60,033 nucleotides of DNA from Bacilli bacterium (GTDB lineage: Bacteria > Bacillota_I > Bacilli_A > RF39 > UBA660), in NCBI GenBank assembly GCA_030531695.1, contig JAUNMV010000003.1, positions 1 through 60,033 on the forward strand, given 5' to 3'. Of this stretch, positions 1-10,178 are shown piece by piece. The position numbers were made by a program, and so were the translations under genes. The notes under the pieces are model-generated. The model searched no databases. It was given only the letters and a program-made list of their open reading frames with translations, and was not told the origin of the DNA. Each line of letters begins with the position of its first letter. The stretch's first letter is position 1.

Positions 1-936
1 GAACAGCCTACTGAAGAAGTTGTCGAAGATGTTCAAGAAGAACAACCTACTGAAGAAGTAGTTGAAGATAATAATGATGAAGAAACAGAAGAAGAGAATT
101 TACCTCTTTCTGATGAAATTATAGAAATACCAACATTTGGTGGTACTGAAGAAACAGTTACTGAAGATATTCAAGAAGAACAACCTACGAATGAACAGTC
201 TGAACTTGAGGATATGTTTAATGGTAATGTATTAGTTAATGATGAAGGCGTTGAACAACAAGAAGAATATAGTATCTATGATTTTAGAAATAATCAAGAT
301 ATGCAATTTGATGAAAATTATGAACCTATTATCAAACCTAATGAAGAAATTCAAATTGTACCTGATAATGACGAAGAAGAAACAGTTGAACATTATAAAG
401 ATGTAATAGATTCTCCTAATCCAGATTATGATATTAATTCTGAAATAGTTGGAATTAAAGAAGAAGATACTGAAGATGAAGATGAAATTACTAGAACAGT
501 TGAATATGATAATAATGTAATAGAGATTAATGATACTTCATATGAATTAAGTGATGAAGAAAGAATTGAAGAAGAAGAACAGGAAGAATTAGAAAAAGAA
601 AAACAAGAAGAAGTTTACGAAGATATAAATGAAGAATATAATCCTGATATGATTCCTCAAGATGATGATTCTAATGAAGTTAATTTAAATGAAGATATAG
701 TTATCGATAGCGGAGACTTAGAGAATACTGAAAGTGATACAAGAAAAGCTATTGGAGCTGACTTCGTAGATGCTGATGGTCCTCTACTTGAAGAAATTCC
801 AAGATTGGGTACTGAAAAAGAAGATGACTTTGTTGAAATAGAGATTGAATCTGATGAAGATAATGATGGTACTGATGAAGATCCATTCGAAGATACATTA
901 GAATTTGATCCAGAAGCTTTTAAAGATAATAAATAG
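1..936 (+). CDS. 5'-truncated, extremely acidic (Asp/Glu-rich) low-complexity protein of unknown function
   Basis: Frame 1 is open from base 1 (EQPTEEVVEDVQEEQPTEEVVED...). It is the same frame as the listed 214..936 ORF, so the gene enters from upstream of the window. Degenerate EEQPTEEV-type repeats. Stop TAG at 934-936, followed by a hairpin. Confidence 0.6.
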   Translation, partial: EQPTEEVVEDVQEEQPTEEVVEDNNDEETEEENLPLSDEIIEIPTFGGTEETVTEDIQEEQPTNEQSELEDMFNGNVLVNDEGVEQQEEYSIYDFRNNQDMQFDENYEPIIKPNEEIQIVPDNDEEETVEHYKDVIDSPNPDYDINSEIVGIKEEDTEDEDEITRTVEYDNNVIEINDTSYELSDEERIEEEEQEELEKEKQEEVYEDINEEYNPDMIPQDDDSNEVNLNEDIVIDSGDLENTESDTRKAIGADFVDADGPLLEEIPRLGTEKEDDFVEIEIESDEDNDGTDEDPFEDTLEFDPEAFKDNK

Positions 937-968
937 ACTTATCTAATGATAAGTCTTTTCTTTTGCAT
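935..968 (+). terminator. Rho-independent terminator after the acidic protein gene
   Basis: AGACTTATC-TAAT-GATAAGTCT stem-loop followed by TTTCTTTT. Confidence 0.6.
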
Positions 969-981
969 AAAAAAGAATTAG

Positions 982-1659
982 TTAAATATCTTTAACTAAC
1001 TCTACTATTTCATTATTTATATCTTCAACTGTTCTTATTGTGTCACCTTTAACACATTCTATTCTATCCCAGTTATATAATTCGCTTAATTCTATATATG
1101 CTTCTTCAGCTTGTTTTAGGTGTTCAGGAGACTTTTCATGTTCATCTAAGAATTGTCTATTCTTTTTTAATTCTAATGATTTTTCATATGGCATATGTAG
1201 GAATATTGTTTTATCTGGTTTTGGTAGACCTAATAACCAATACTCTAATTTATCTATCCATTGGTACATATTAAATCTTTCATCTTTATCATGAATTTTA
1301 CTACCTTGATGAGCTAAATTAGATGTTGTATATCTATCAAGTATTACATAATAGTTATCTTTCAAATATTCTTCTATTTTTGGCATATTGTATTTTCTAT
1401 CAGCTGCATAATATAGACATACTACATGAGGATCTACATTTACGGCACCTTCACTAAAATAACTATCACATATTTCTGGTTTTCCTAAGTATGCTCCCCC
1501 CACTATCTTACCTGTAGGTGTTTCATACATTGGAAATCCAAATCTAATACATTTATGTCCTAACTCCTTTAATTTAGTTTCTAGTAATCTAGATTGTGTT
1601 TCTTTACCTGAACAATCTGTTCCTTCAATTACTATTATCTTACCTGTTGAATCATTCAT
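982..1659 (-). CDS. tmk: Thymidylate kinase-like (dTMP kinase family) protein
   Basis: P-loop IVIEGTDCSGKETQ and DRYTTSNLAHQG (DRY..S..A.QG) motifs typical of dTMP kinases. GGAGAGGAGAG RBS upstream. Confidence 0.75.
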   Translation of the reverse strand: MNDSTGKIIVIEGTDCSGKETQSRLLETKLKELGHKCIRFGFPMYETPTGKIVGGAYLGKPEICDSYFSEGAVNVDPHVVCLYYAADRKYNMPKIEEYLKDNYYVILDRYTTSNLAHQGSKIHDKDERFNMYQWIDKLEYWLLGLPKPDKTIFLHMPYEKSLELKKNRQFLDEHEKSPEHLKQAEEAYIELSELYNWDRIECVKGDTIRTVEDINNEIVELVKDI

Positions 1660-1727
1660 CTTATCTCTCCTCTATAATATAATATCAATAATTACTTTTA
1701 TTTACAAGCTTTTAATTTTTCTCTATT

Positions 1728-3167
1728 TTATAACTCTTCTATTTTTTCTTCATTATTTATATTTATCTTTTGAGATAATTGAACTTTAAAGGTAGAACCT
1801 ACTCCTATAGTAGATTGAACATCTATTTGTCCATTCATCATTTCTACTAATGTTTTTGTGATTACTAGTCCTAATCCTGTTCCTTGAATATCAGTATCTT
1901 TATCTTCTTCTAATCTATTAAATTTAGTAAATAACTCTGGTATTCTTTCTTCTGATATACCTCTACCTGTATCTCTTACTTGTATTGTAAGATTACAAAT
2001 GTTATTTTTGTTTATACAATCTACTTTTAATTCTACTTCTCCCTGATCTGTATATTTAATGGCATTTGTTACTAGATTATTGATTATTTCAATTATATGT
2101 ATTCTATCTCCTATTAATTCATTTGGAATATCAGGTGATATATTAACTATAAAATTAATATCTTTATCTTCTATTCTTCTTCTGTCTGCTTTTACTAATT
2201 TTTCTAATTCTTGTTTTAAGTTATAATTTACTTCTACAATTTCCATTTTATTATTTTGAATCATATTAATATCTAATATATTACCTATTATTTCTAATAA
2301 TCTATCAGATGCCTCCATAATATACTTGGCATCCTCTTTTAGTTCTGGATTGGCATCTTCAGAATGACTTTCTATATCTTCACTTAGACCTACTATAGCA
2401 TTTAATGGAGTTCTTATTTCATGGGACATACTGGCCAAGAAGTCATCTTTTGATTTTACTGTACGTTCTTCTGCGATATATTTTAATAATGTCAATTCAT
2501 CGATAGTTTTTATATCAGGATTTTCTATTGTATGATACATCAAGTAAATAATGAAACCAAATACTGCATTTGAAAGTAAAAGTTCTGGATGTGATTGTTG
2601 AATTATTCCTAGAAGAAGTAATAATATTATTAATACAATTATTGGGATATATACTTTTCTTCGTATCTTTTTCAAATGTGTTAATACAATAATAATCATA
2701 AAAGTAACATATGAACCTAATGTTGCGAATAATACATCAACTGCTGGTCCAGTTATATACTTTGATTCATTAGCTGATATAAATTCCATTGGAAGTATAA
2801 GCATTAAAATACATACAATTAAATTTATTATTATAAATACATAATATGCCGGTCTAAACTTTTTTATATTTTCTTCTTCTGATGTTCCTTCTTTAAATAA
2901 AGTTATAACTATTGTATACATGAAAAAAATCATAAGCCACAATATTATGCAAGTAAAAAATATCTTTGGAATAATCGTATTAAATGGTGGTATTGAATTA
3001 AATGGAACTATTAATAATTCTGTAACCATAGATAATATTGTTACTATTAAAAGTTTTTTATAAATTCTATTTTCTATTCTATTTACTTTGTTTTTTTTAT
3101 AAAATATAAATGTTGTTACTACAGTGTATAATAATGCTGAAACAGTTAAAAATATTGTTCCTTTCAT
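1728..3167 (-). CDS. Membrane sensor histidine kinase with a multi-TM N-terminal domain; orphan, no adjacent response regulator
   Basis: H-box SHEIRTPLNAI, N-box NLVTNAIKYT, G1 DTGRGI and G2 GTGLGL. About six hydrophobic segments in the N-terminal 210 aa. Confidence 0.85.
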   Translation of the reverse strand: MKGTIFLTVSALLYTVVTTFIFYKKNKVNRIENRIYKKLLIVTILSMVTELLIVPFNSIPPFNTIIPKIFFTCIILWLMIFFMYTIVITLFKEGTSEEENIKKFRPAYYVFIIINLIVCILMLILPMEFISANESKYITGPAVDVLFATLGSYVTFMIIIVLTHLKKIRRKVYIPIIVLIILLLLLGIIQQSHPELLLSNAVFGFIIYLMYHTIENPDIKTIDELTLLKYIAEERTVKSKDDFLASMSHEIRTPLNAIVGLSEDIESHSEDANPELKEDAKYIMEASDRLLEIIGNILDINMIQNNKMEIVEVNYNLKQELEKLVKADRRRIEDKDINFIVNISPDIPNELIGDRIHIIEIINNLVTNAIKYTDQGEVELKVDCINKNNICNLTIQVRDTGRGISEERIPELFTKFNRLEEDKDTDIQGTGLGLVITKTLVEMMNGQIDVQSTIGVGSTFKVQLSQKININNEEKIEEL

Positions 3168-3227
3168 TTATATCACATCCTATCTTATTTAATTATATCA
3201 CTATTTAAACACTAAAAAAACTGCTTA

Positions 3228-3812
3228 TTAGGCAGTTATATTATTATTTTCATCAAATGGTACTAGTAAGCATTTACGTGAAGCTAGATAATCACACATA
3301 TGAACAAAGTTTTGATACTTTGTAGTTGGTCTTTCTAATACTTCATTACCATCATAATCAGTTGTCCATGGACCCATATGAGTCTTTATTACATCACCCA
3401 TAAATGTTATTTCTTCAGGAGTTAATTCAGATAATTCATCTTTTTTCTCTTCTAAATATTTAGCCATTAATATTGGATGATCAAATCTAGTATACTTTTC
3501 TTTTGGATTACCTAGTTTTAATCCATCATGTACTAGTAAAGATACTAACATTAAGTCTTTTTCATCGTCTGTATATTTATCACCTATTACTGGGTCATTT
3601 AGTAATTCATACCCTATTCTCATAGCAGCTTTAGAATGTCTTAATAGACCGCCTTCACCTTGCGCATATTCTGGATGATATTTACCTGTTGAAGCTGCAG
3701 CTACTGTGAACCAATACTCAGGTAATAATTTTACTATTTTAAGACAAGCAGTTTTAATTCTATCGTTTTTAATTAATTCTAATTCATTCTTTATAGTTTC
3801 TTCTATATTCAT
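3228..3812 (-). CDS. HD-domain phosphohydrolase family protein
   Basis: GKYHP...LLRHS...LLVHDGLK pattern (H..HD metal site). ATGA overlap with the upstream hemW stop. Confidence 0.65.
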   Translation of the reverse strand: MNIEETIKNELELIKNDRIKTACLKIVKLLPEYWFTVAAASTGKYHPEYAQGEGGLLRHSKAAMRIGYELLNDPVIGDKYTDDEKDLMLVSLLVHDGLKLGNPKEKYTRFDHPILMAKYLEEKKDELSELTPEEITFMGDVIKTHMGPWTTDYDGNEVLERPTTKYQNFVHMCDYLASRKCLLVPFDENNNITA

Positions 3813-4927
3813 TATCTTGTTACCTCACAATCTAATAATCCTACTATTACGCTATTACTAATATACCACAAGTTCTTAGGAATTACTAATCTATTATCAT
3901 TAAGTTCTAATAATTTTTTATCTAATAGTTTATTATAATCATATAAATCTATTAATTCTTTATTATATTTTTCTTTAAATTCTTTTAGATTTATTCCATC
4001 ACTTGTACGGAGATTCATTATAATTTCATAATATATCTTATCATTAGGTTCTAATATTTCTATTCCATTATCAGACATGTAATCACTATTTAAATATTTT
4101 GTGATGGACTTAGTTTTATTATATCTAACATTACCTTCATATCCTGCGGCACCTAAACCAAATCCATAATATTCTTTATTCTTCCAATACTTCATATTAT
4201 GTTTTGATCTATATTCTTTATTCTTAGAAAAGTTACTTATTTCATAATGATCATATTCTTTTAACTTAGTACATATTAAATCATACATTTCTCTATCTAG
4301 ATCTTCATCAATATATTTAGTATTATTAATACTTAGTTTTGTATGTTCTTCTAATATAAGTGAATATGTTGATATATGCGTTATATCTAGAGATTTTATA
4401 AAGTCTATATCTCTTTCTAATACTTCTAATGTCTCGTTAGGTAAAGCATACATTAAGTCAACATTTATATTATCTATACCTATATTATGACAATATTTAA
4501 TTGTATTTATTACTTTATTTTTATCTAGATCTCTTTCTAATAGTTTTAAATTATCTTTATTTATTGATTCTAAGCCAAAACTTATTCTATTTACATTATT
4601 AGATTTAAATAAATCTAGTTTTTCTTCTGTTATTGAGTCAAAATTACATTCTATTGTATATTCTACTAGATTAGTATTTAATTTAGATATTATATTAAAT
4701 AATTTAGTTAATTGTTTTATATTTAAACTACTAGGAGTACCTCCTCCTATATATATTGTATCTATTATTTCTCCATTATAGGAATCTTCTATTTCTCTTT
4801 CTAATTCTTCTAAGTATTTATCTACTAGTTCTTCATTATAATATACTTTACAAAAATCACAGTATGAACATATCTTATTACAAAAAGGTATATGTATATA
4901 GCAACCAATTGTATTACTTTTAGCCAT
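3812..4927 (-). CDS. hemW: Radical SAM family heme chaperone HemW (HemN-like, oxygen-independent coproporphyrinogen oxidase family)
   Basis: YIHIPFCNKICSYCDF CxxxCxxC radical SAM motif. Conserved lepA-hemW (hemN) synteny. Confidence 0.85.
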   Translation of the reverse strand: MAKSNTIGCYIHIPFCNKICSYCDFCKVYYNEELVDKYLEELEREIEDSYNGEIIDTIYIGGGTPSSLNIKQLTKLFNIISKLNTNLVEYTIECNFDSITEEKLDLFKSNNVNRISFGLESINKDNLKLLERDLDKNKVINTIKYCHNIGIDNINVDLMYALPNETLEVLERDIDFIKSLDITHISTYSLILEEHTKLSINNTKYIDEDLDREMYDLICTKLKEYDHYEISNFSKNKEYRSKHNMKYWKNKEYYGFGLGAAGYEGNVRYNKTKSITKYLNSDYMSDNGIEILEPNDKIYYEIIMNLRTSDGINLKEFKEKYNKELIDLYDYNKLLDKKLLELNDNRLVIPKNLWYISNSVIVGLLDCEVTR

Positions 4928-6726
4928 TATTTTTCTCCTCCAGTAGATAGAATTGATAAGAAAGCTTCTTGTGGTACTTCTACTGAACCAATTTGCTTCA
5001 TACGTTTTTTACCAGCTTTTTGTTTCTCTAATAGTTTTCTCTTACGAGTTACATCTCCACCATAACATTTAGCAAGTACATCTTTTCTCATAGCTCTTAT
5101 TGTTTCTCTGGCGATTACATGTTGACCTATAGCAGCTTGTACTGGTACTTCAAACATTTGACGAGGAATTATTTCTTTTAGTTTTTCTACTACTGCTCTA
5201 CCTCTTTGATATGCAAAGTCTTTATGTACTATAACACTTAAAGCATCTACGATATCTCCATTTAATAAGATATCCATCTTTACTAGATTACTTTCTCTAT
5301 AACCTATTATTTCATAATCAAATGAGGCATATCCTTTTGTACAACTTTTTAATCTATCAAAGAAATCATATACTATCTCTGATAATGGTATTTCATAGTT
5401 AATTGTTACTCTGGTTGTATCTAAATAATCTATATTTATAAATGTACCTCTACTATCTTGACATAATTCCATTAATGGACCTATATAATCAGATGGAGTA
5501 AATATACTGCATTTAACATATGGTTCTAATGTTGATTTAATTACTTCTCTTCTAGGCATTTTAGCTGGAGAATCTACCATTACTTTTGTACCATCTGTTA
5601 GTACTACTTCGTATACTACTGATGGTGAAGTAGCAATTAAATCTATATGGAATTCTCTTTCTATTCTTTCTTCTACTATTTCCATATGGAGTAAACCTAA
5701 GAAACCACATCTAAAACCAAAGCCTAAAGCTTTTGATGTTTCTGGTTCAAATGTAAGGGCTGCATCATTTAGTTTTAATTTTTCTAAAGCTTCTCTTAAG
5801 TCTTCAAATTTATTTGATTCTATAGGATAGATACCACAATATACGCTAGGTTTCATAGGTTTATATCCTGGTAATCTATTAGTAGCTGGTTTGGTACTTG
5901 ATGTAATAGTATCTCCTACATGTACATCTGTTATACTTTTAATTGATGCAAATAGATAACCTACTTCTCCAGCATTTAATTCTTGAACTGGTACTTCTTT
6001 AGGCGTATTAATAGCTAATCCTACTACTTCATACTCAGCACCTGTTTCCATCATTTTTATAGAGTCTCCTACTTTTACTTTACCTTCTACTACTCTAATT
6101 GATGTAATAACTCCTCTATATGGATCAAATAAACTATCGAATATTAGTGCTTGTAGTGGTTTTTCTTTATCTCCTGTAGGTGATGGAATATCATTAATAA
6201 TGTGTTCTAATAAACTTTCTATACCTACTCCAGTTTTAGCTGAAGTTAGTACTACTTCATCTTTCGAAAAACCTATATTTTCTAATTCTGTTAATACTTT
6301 TTCTACATCTGCGCTAGGTAGATCTATCTTATTAATTACTGGTATTATTTTTAAATTATTATCTAAAGCTAGATATAAATTAGCTAGAGTTTGGGCTTCT
6401 ATTCCTTGCGCTGCATCTACTACTAGTAATGCTCCTTCACAAGCAGCAAGGGAGCGTGATACTTCATATGAGAAGTCTACATGTCCTGGAGTATCTATTA
6501 AATGTAGGTAGTATTCTTCTCCTTTAAAATTATATTTTAATTGTACCGCATTTAATTTAATAGTAATTCCACGTTCTCTTTCAATATCCATAGAGTCTAG
6601 TGTTTGTTCTTTTAATTCTCTTTTATCTAGAGCTCCTGTTATTTCTAATATTCTATCTGCTAGGGTACTTTTCCCATGATCTATATGTGCAATTATACAA
6701 AAATTTCTGATATTTTCTTGTTTCAT
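4927..6726 (-). CDS. lepA: Translation elongation factor 4 (LepA)
   Basis: [21 protein letters not shown]1 motif, [13 protein letters not shown] and the characteristic LepA C-terminal domain. Start moved to MKQENIRNF, which is preceded by GAGGTG; the listed upstream ATG has no RBS. Confidence 0.95.
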   Translation of the reverse strand: MKQENIRNFCIIAHIDHGKSTLADRILEITGALDKRELKEQTLDSMDIERERGITIKLNAVQLKYNFKGEEYYLHLIDTPGHVDFSYEVSRSLAACEGALLVVDAAQGIEAQTLANLYLALDNNLKIIPVINKIDLPSADVEKVLTELENIGFSKDEVVLTSAKTGVGIESLLEHIINDIPSPTGDKEKPLQALIFDSLFDPYRGVITSIRVVEGKVKVGDSIKMMETGAEYEVVGLAINTPKEVPVQELNAGEVGYLFASIKSITDVHVGDTITSSTKPATNRLPGYKPMKPSVYCGIYPIESNKFEDLREALEKLKLNDAALTFEPETSKALGFGFRCGFLGLLHMEIVEERIEREFHIDLIATSPSVVYEVVLTDGTKVMVDSPAKMPRREVIKSTLEPYVKCSIFTPSDYIGPLMELCQDSRGTFINIDYLDTTRVTINYEIPLSEIVYDFFDRLKSCTKGYASFDYEIIGYRESNLVKMDILLNGDIVDALSVIVHKDFAYQRGRAVVEKLKEIIPRQMFEVPVQAAIGQHVIARETIRAMRKDVLAKCYGGDVTRKRKLLEKQKAGKKRMKQIGSVEVPQEAFLSILSTGGEK

Positions 6727-6754
6727 AGGACACCTCATTTCACTCATAAATTAT

Positions 6755-6786
6755 AACAAAAAAAGATAAATATTTCTACTTATCTT
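6755..6786 (-). terminator. Rho-independent terminator of the small-paralog cluster, just upstream of lepA
   Basis: Minus strand: AAGATAA-loop-TTATCTT followed by TTTTTGTT. Overlaps the stop of the 6776..7009 ORF. Confidence 0.45.
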
Positions 6787-7009
6787 TTTTCTTTACTAGA
6801 GTTTTTGGACATTCCACTTTTGCAGTAACAACAACATTAATAGGATTTTTATCCCAGTAATGATTATTTAATTTCATTTCGTCCTCGATTGAATGATTAA
6901 CACTGCCATCGACTACTTTATTTTCTATTGATGAATTATTAGGCTCTATGTAACGATTTTTTAATACCTCTCCATTTATTATCATATAATCCATCCAAGT
7001 ATCGTACAT
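6776..7009 (-). CDS. Small protein, paralog C of a tandem triplet; the zinc-ribbon cysteines are lost
   Basis: Own GGAGGT RBS. Shares N-terminal WMDY..ING..L.NRYIEPNNS and C-terminal KTLVKKK with its two neighbours. Confidence 0.55.
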   Translation of the reverse strand: MYDTWMDYMIINGEVLKNRYIEPNNSSIENKVVDGSVNHSIEDEMKLNNHYWDKNPINVVVTAKVECPKTLVKKKDK

Positions 7010-7024
7010 TTCTAATACCTCCTA

Positions 7025-7249
7025 CTATAAAGGATAAATAATTCTATTTTCTTTTTTCTTTATTAATGTTTTAGATTTATGATTTATAAAAGATGGAATA
7101 AACTTTTTATTACATATACAGCAATAATCTCCATCATTAATAAATTTTGTGTTTTTTAACTCACCACAATTTTCACAAACTTCACTATTATTAGGCAATA
7201 TATATCTATTTGTTAATACTTTTCCATTTATTGTGACATTTTTGTACAT
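7025..7249 (-). CDS. Small zinc-ribbon protein, paralog B of a tandem triplet
   Basis: AGGAGT RBS. INGKVLTNRYILPNNS, CENC...CCIC and KTLIKKK. Confidence 0.55.
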   Translation of the reverse strand: MYKNVTINGKVLTNRYILPNNSEVCENCGELKNTKFINDGDYCCICNKKFIPSFINHKSKTLIKKKENRIIYPL

Positions 7250-7277
7250 TTCTTATACTCCTTCTTATAAAAGATAA

Positions 7278-7466
7278 TTATTTCTTCTTAATTAATGTTT
7301 TTGCTGCTTCACTAAGATTTACTTTAATTTTACAATTAGGACATTCTCCCTCAGCTGTAAGTTTTCTTTTACAAACAGGACATTCTTCTTTTACATCTGG
7401 CTCTATGTAATCATATGCTGGTTTAGAACCATCTATTGATTTAAACTCCATCCAATCATCAAACAT
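7278..7466 (-). CDS. Small zinc-ribbon protein, paralog A of a tandem triplet
   Basis: GAAGGAGGA RBS. CPVC-x10-CPNC four-Cys knuckle. C-terminal AKTLIKKK. Confidence 0.6.
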   Translation of the reverse strand: MFDDWMEFKSIDGSKPAYDYIEPDVKEECPVCKRKLTAEGECPNCKIKVNLSEAAKTLIKKK

Positions 7467-7535
7467 TTATGATAATCCTCCTTCAAATTAATTGCTATGA
7501 TTTTATCATATTTTTTGATGAAATTCAATATATTA

Positions 7536-8813
7536 TTATTTATTTGGATGCATTGTACATACTGATATATTATCGAAGTCTATTTTCTTTATAACATCTT
7601 TTAATTTCTTATAACTAATGTTTTTATATTGATCTATTTTATCATTAATTATTTCTTTATTGTATAACATATCACTAAATGCATTATCTACAATAAATTC
7701 TACGTCATCTGAACCTCTAACTATATTAGATATCCATACTTTTTTAACTCTTTCAAATGTTTCTTCATCTATATATTCATCATGATTTTTCAATACTTCT
7801 TTTATTTCTTTTATTAGTTTGTCTGGTTCAGGAGATTCTGCCATTAGATAGAATGTACTAAAGTCATCTGTTGTTTCCCATTCTGTATACATATCTGTCA
7901 TTATTTTATTTTCTACTACTTTCTCTCTAAATAAAGAACTATCTCCAAATAACATTCTACTAATCATAGATAAATATAATTTAATTTGATATTCATTATT
8001 TATATTTAAATCTTTTTTAAATATTTTTAATCCTACAGCTACTTTAGGTACTTCTACTGTAGACTTAAATGAATCAGTTTTTATTCTTACTTCTAATGGT
8101 TCTTCTATATGTTTTATTTTTGGATAATCTCTATTTTCTTTTAATTCTAATTCTTCATATATAATTTTAGAAGCATCTTTATGATTAAAGTTACCTACTA
8201 TAATAATAAACATATTATTAGGACTATAGAAGTTATTATAGCAAGTATATAAATCTTCTTTAGTAATTTTATATATTTCTTTTACTGATCCACCTATATC
8301 TATTCTACGAGGTAATTTATGATATATATTTTTTCTTAAGCGCATCTCTAATTGGAAATCAGGCATATCATTATACATGTTTAATTCTTGTTCAATTATG
8401 CCTTTTTCTTTTTCTACGTTTTCATCTGTATAATATGGTGCATTTACAAATTGTATTAAATATCTTAAGTTTTCTTCAAACTTCTTAGTTCCATAACAAA
8501 TGTATTGAGTAAAATCAAATGATGTTGAGGCATTAGATCCTGTACCACTTTTTGAATAAAATGTGAAAGGATCTACTCCGTCTTCTTGTTCAAACATTTT
8601 ATGTTCTAGGAAATGAGCTATTCCATCTGGTACTTTTATTTCTTGTTTAGCATCATTTGGAGTAAAAGATGTGATTTCAGAACCAAAACGAGTTGCGTAT
8701 GTTATAAAGTAATTATTTTTATCTGGCATTGGTACCATTACTACTTCAAGACCATTTTCTAGAGTCTCTCTGTAGTAGGTTATATCAATACCTTTATATT
8801 CCATCTTCTTCAT
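7536..8813 (-). CDS. M16 family (insulinase/pitrilysin-like) zinc peptidase, catalytic subunit type
   Basis: Inverted zinc motif HFLEH (HxxEH) near the N-terminus. 20-nt overlap with the upstream M16 paralog. Confidence 0.8.
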   Translation of the reverse strand: MKKMEYKGIDITYYRETLENGLEVVMVPMPDKNNYFITYATRFGSEITSFTPNDAKQEIKVPDGIAHFLEHKMFEQEDGVDPFTFYSKSGTGSNASTSFDFTQYICYGTKKFEENLRYLIQFVNAPYYTDENVEKEKGIIEQELNMYNDMPDFQLEMRLRKNIYHKLPRRIDIGGSVKEIYKITKEDLYTCYNNFYSPNNMFIIIVGNFNHKDASKIIYEELELKENRDYPKIKHIEEPLEVRIKTDSFKSTVEVPKVAVGLKIFKKDLNINNEYQIKLYLSMISRMLFGDSSLFREKVVENKIMTDMYTEWETTDDFSTFYLMAESPEPDKLIKEIKEVLKNHDEYIDEETFERVKKVWISNIVRGSDDVEFIVDNAFSDMLYNKEIINDKIDQYKNISYKKLKDVIKKIDFDNISVCTMHPNK

Positions 8814-10074
8814 CTTTATCCCCCTCTAATTCAAATACTGTATCCATATGAATCTTTCTAGCTACTTTAACTAATTCACTCTTAGTTACTTTCATTATAT
8901 TTTTACGTTTAACATCTAAATCGTCTGAGTCTAGATACATTTTACTTAGATATAAATCTATTACTGCATTAGGATCTTCTTCTAATTCATCAAAAGCTGT
9001 TTCAAAGTATTGTTTAGCAATATTTATTTCCTCATCAGTAAATTTACCTTTTTTCATATCTAATAATATTTTTTCAATTAATTTTAATGTCTTATGATAG
9101 TTTTCTCTATTTATACCTGTTCTAATAATTAGGATATTATCTAGTCTTTTAGGTTTAGAATAAATTGAATAGCAAAGTGAATTCTTTTCTCTTACTATTT
9201 TAAATAATTTAGAGTCTGGTCCTCCTCCAAATATTACATTTAATACAGGTAGAACATAATCTCTTTCATATTTATTTAATTTTGATAATCTACAAATAAT
9301 ATTTAATCTTGACTGAGTTGTTTCTATTGTTTCTTTACTAAATAATCTTCTAGCACGAGGACGTTTATTAGGTAAGAAATAATCTTTATCTGGTTTCTTT
9401 AATATTCTTAATTTAAAATACTTTTTAATTTCATTAACAACCATTTCTTCATTAATATCACCAATTACAGCAATATCTACAAAGTCTTTATTAATCATAT
9501 CTAAATAGTATTTATATAGACTTTCTCCATCTATACTATTTATATCTTCTAAATATCCCATCATTCTATATGATACTGGAGAGTTAGGATCAAATGATTC
9601 CATAGCTCTTACTAAACTATAGGTATTTGGATCTTCTTTAATACTTGTTAATTCTGTTTTTGTTTTATTCATTACAATATCTATATTTTTTTCTCTAAAC
9701 TTTTTATCTTCTACATCAGGATTAAATAATACTTCATTTAAAAACTCTAGTGATTTTTTAAAATTACCTTCTTCTGTATATTTATCATTTAATATATTTA
9801 ATGTAAAAATAGTATTTACATATTTACCATTTCTACTATTATCTACTGATAGTCTTGCTGAATATAAATCATGTGCTTCAATAGTCATTTTTCTTTTACT
9901 ATTATACTTATTAGTAGATTGTACTAATAGAGATGCTAAAACATTTCTAATAGTTATTTCATCTTTTTTTATTTTTCTTTTAAACATAACTCTAATTGTA
10001 ATAGTTTTATACTTATCTGTTTTAATTAGATGTATGTTATATGAACCCATATCTTTATTTGTATACTTCATCAA
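8794..10074 (-). CDS. M16 family peptidase-like protein, non-catalytic partner type (no HxxEH)
   Basis: Length and domain layout match M16B pairs (YmfF/YmfH-like) and it is adjacent to the HxxEH-bearing paralog. GGGGTGA RBS. Confidence 0.7.
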   Translation of the reverse strand: MMKYTNKDMGSYNIHLIKTDKYKTITIRVMFKRKIKKDEITIRNVLASLLVQSTNKYNSKRKMTIEAHDLYSARLSVDNSRNGKYVNTIFTLNILNDKYTEEGNFKKSLEFLNEVLFNPDVEDKKFREKNIDIVMNKTKTELTSIKEDPNTYSLVRAMESFDPNSPVSYRMMGYLEDINSIDGESLYKYYLDMINKDFVDIAVIGDINEEMVVNEIKKYFKLRILKKPDKDYFLPNKRPRARRLFSKETIETTQSRLNIICRLSKLNKYERDYVLPVLNVIFGGGPDSKLFKIVREKNSLCYSIYSKPKRLDNILIIRTGINRENYHKTLKLIEKILLDMKKGKFTDEEINIAKQYFETAFDELEEDPNAVIDLYLSKMYLDSDDLDVKRKNIMKVTKSELVKVARKIHMDTVFELEGDKDEEDGI

Positions 10075-10149
10075 ATCACCCCACTAATACTATTATGCGT
10101 AAATATTTTTAATTTATAATACCTACATGTTTTATTATATCGCATTAAA

Positions 10150-10178
10150 GTAAAAAGGAGAAGATTATTCTTCTCCTT
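10150..10178 (-). terminator. Rho-independent terminator after ftsK
   Basis: AAGGAGAAG-ATTATT-CTTCTCCTT stem, followed on the minus strand by TTTTTAC. Overlaps the ftsK stop. Confidence 0.55.

Noticed and set aside
7490-7520. Hairpin TATGAT-TTT-ATCATA followed by a T-run on the plus strand
   Set aside because: The 6-bp stem is AT-only, and the hairpin is oriented opposite to every gene in the neighbourhood, so it is probably fortuitous in AT-rich DNA.
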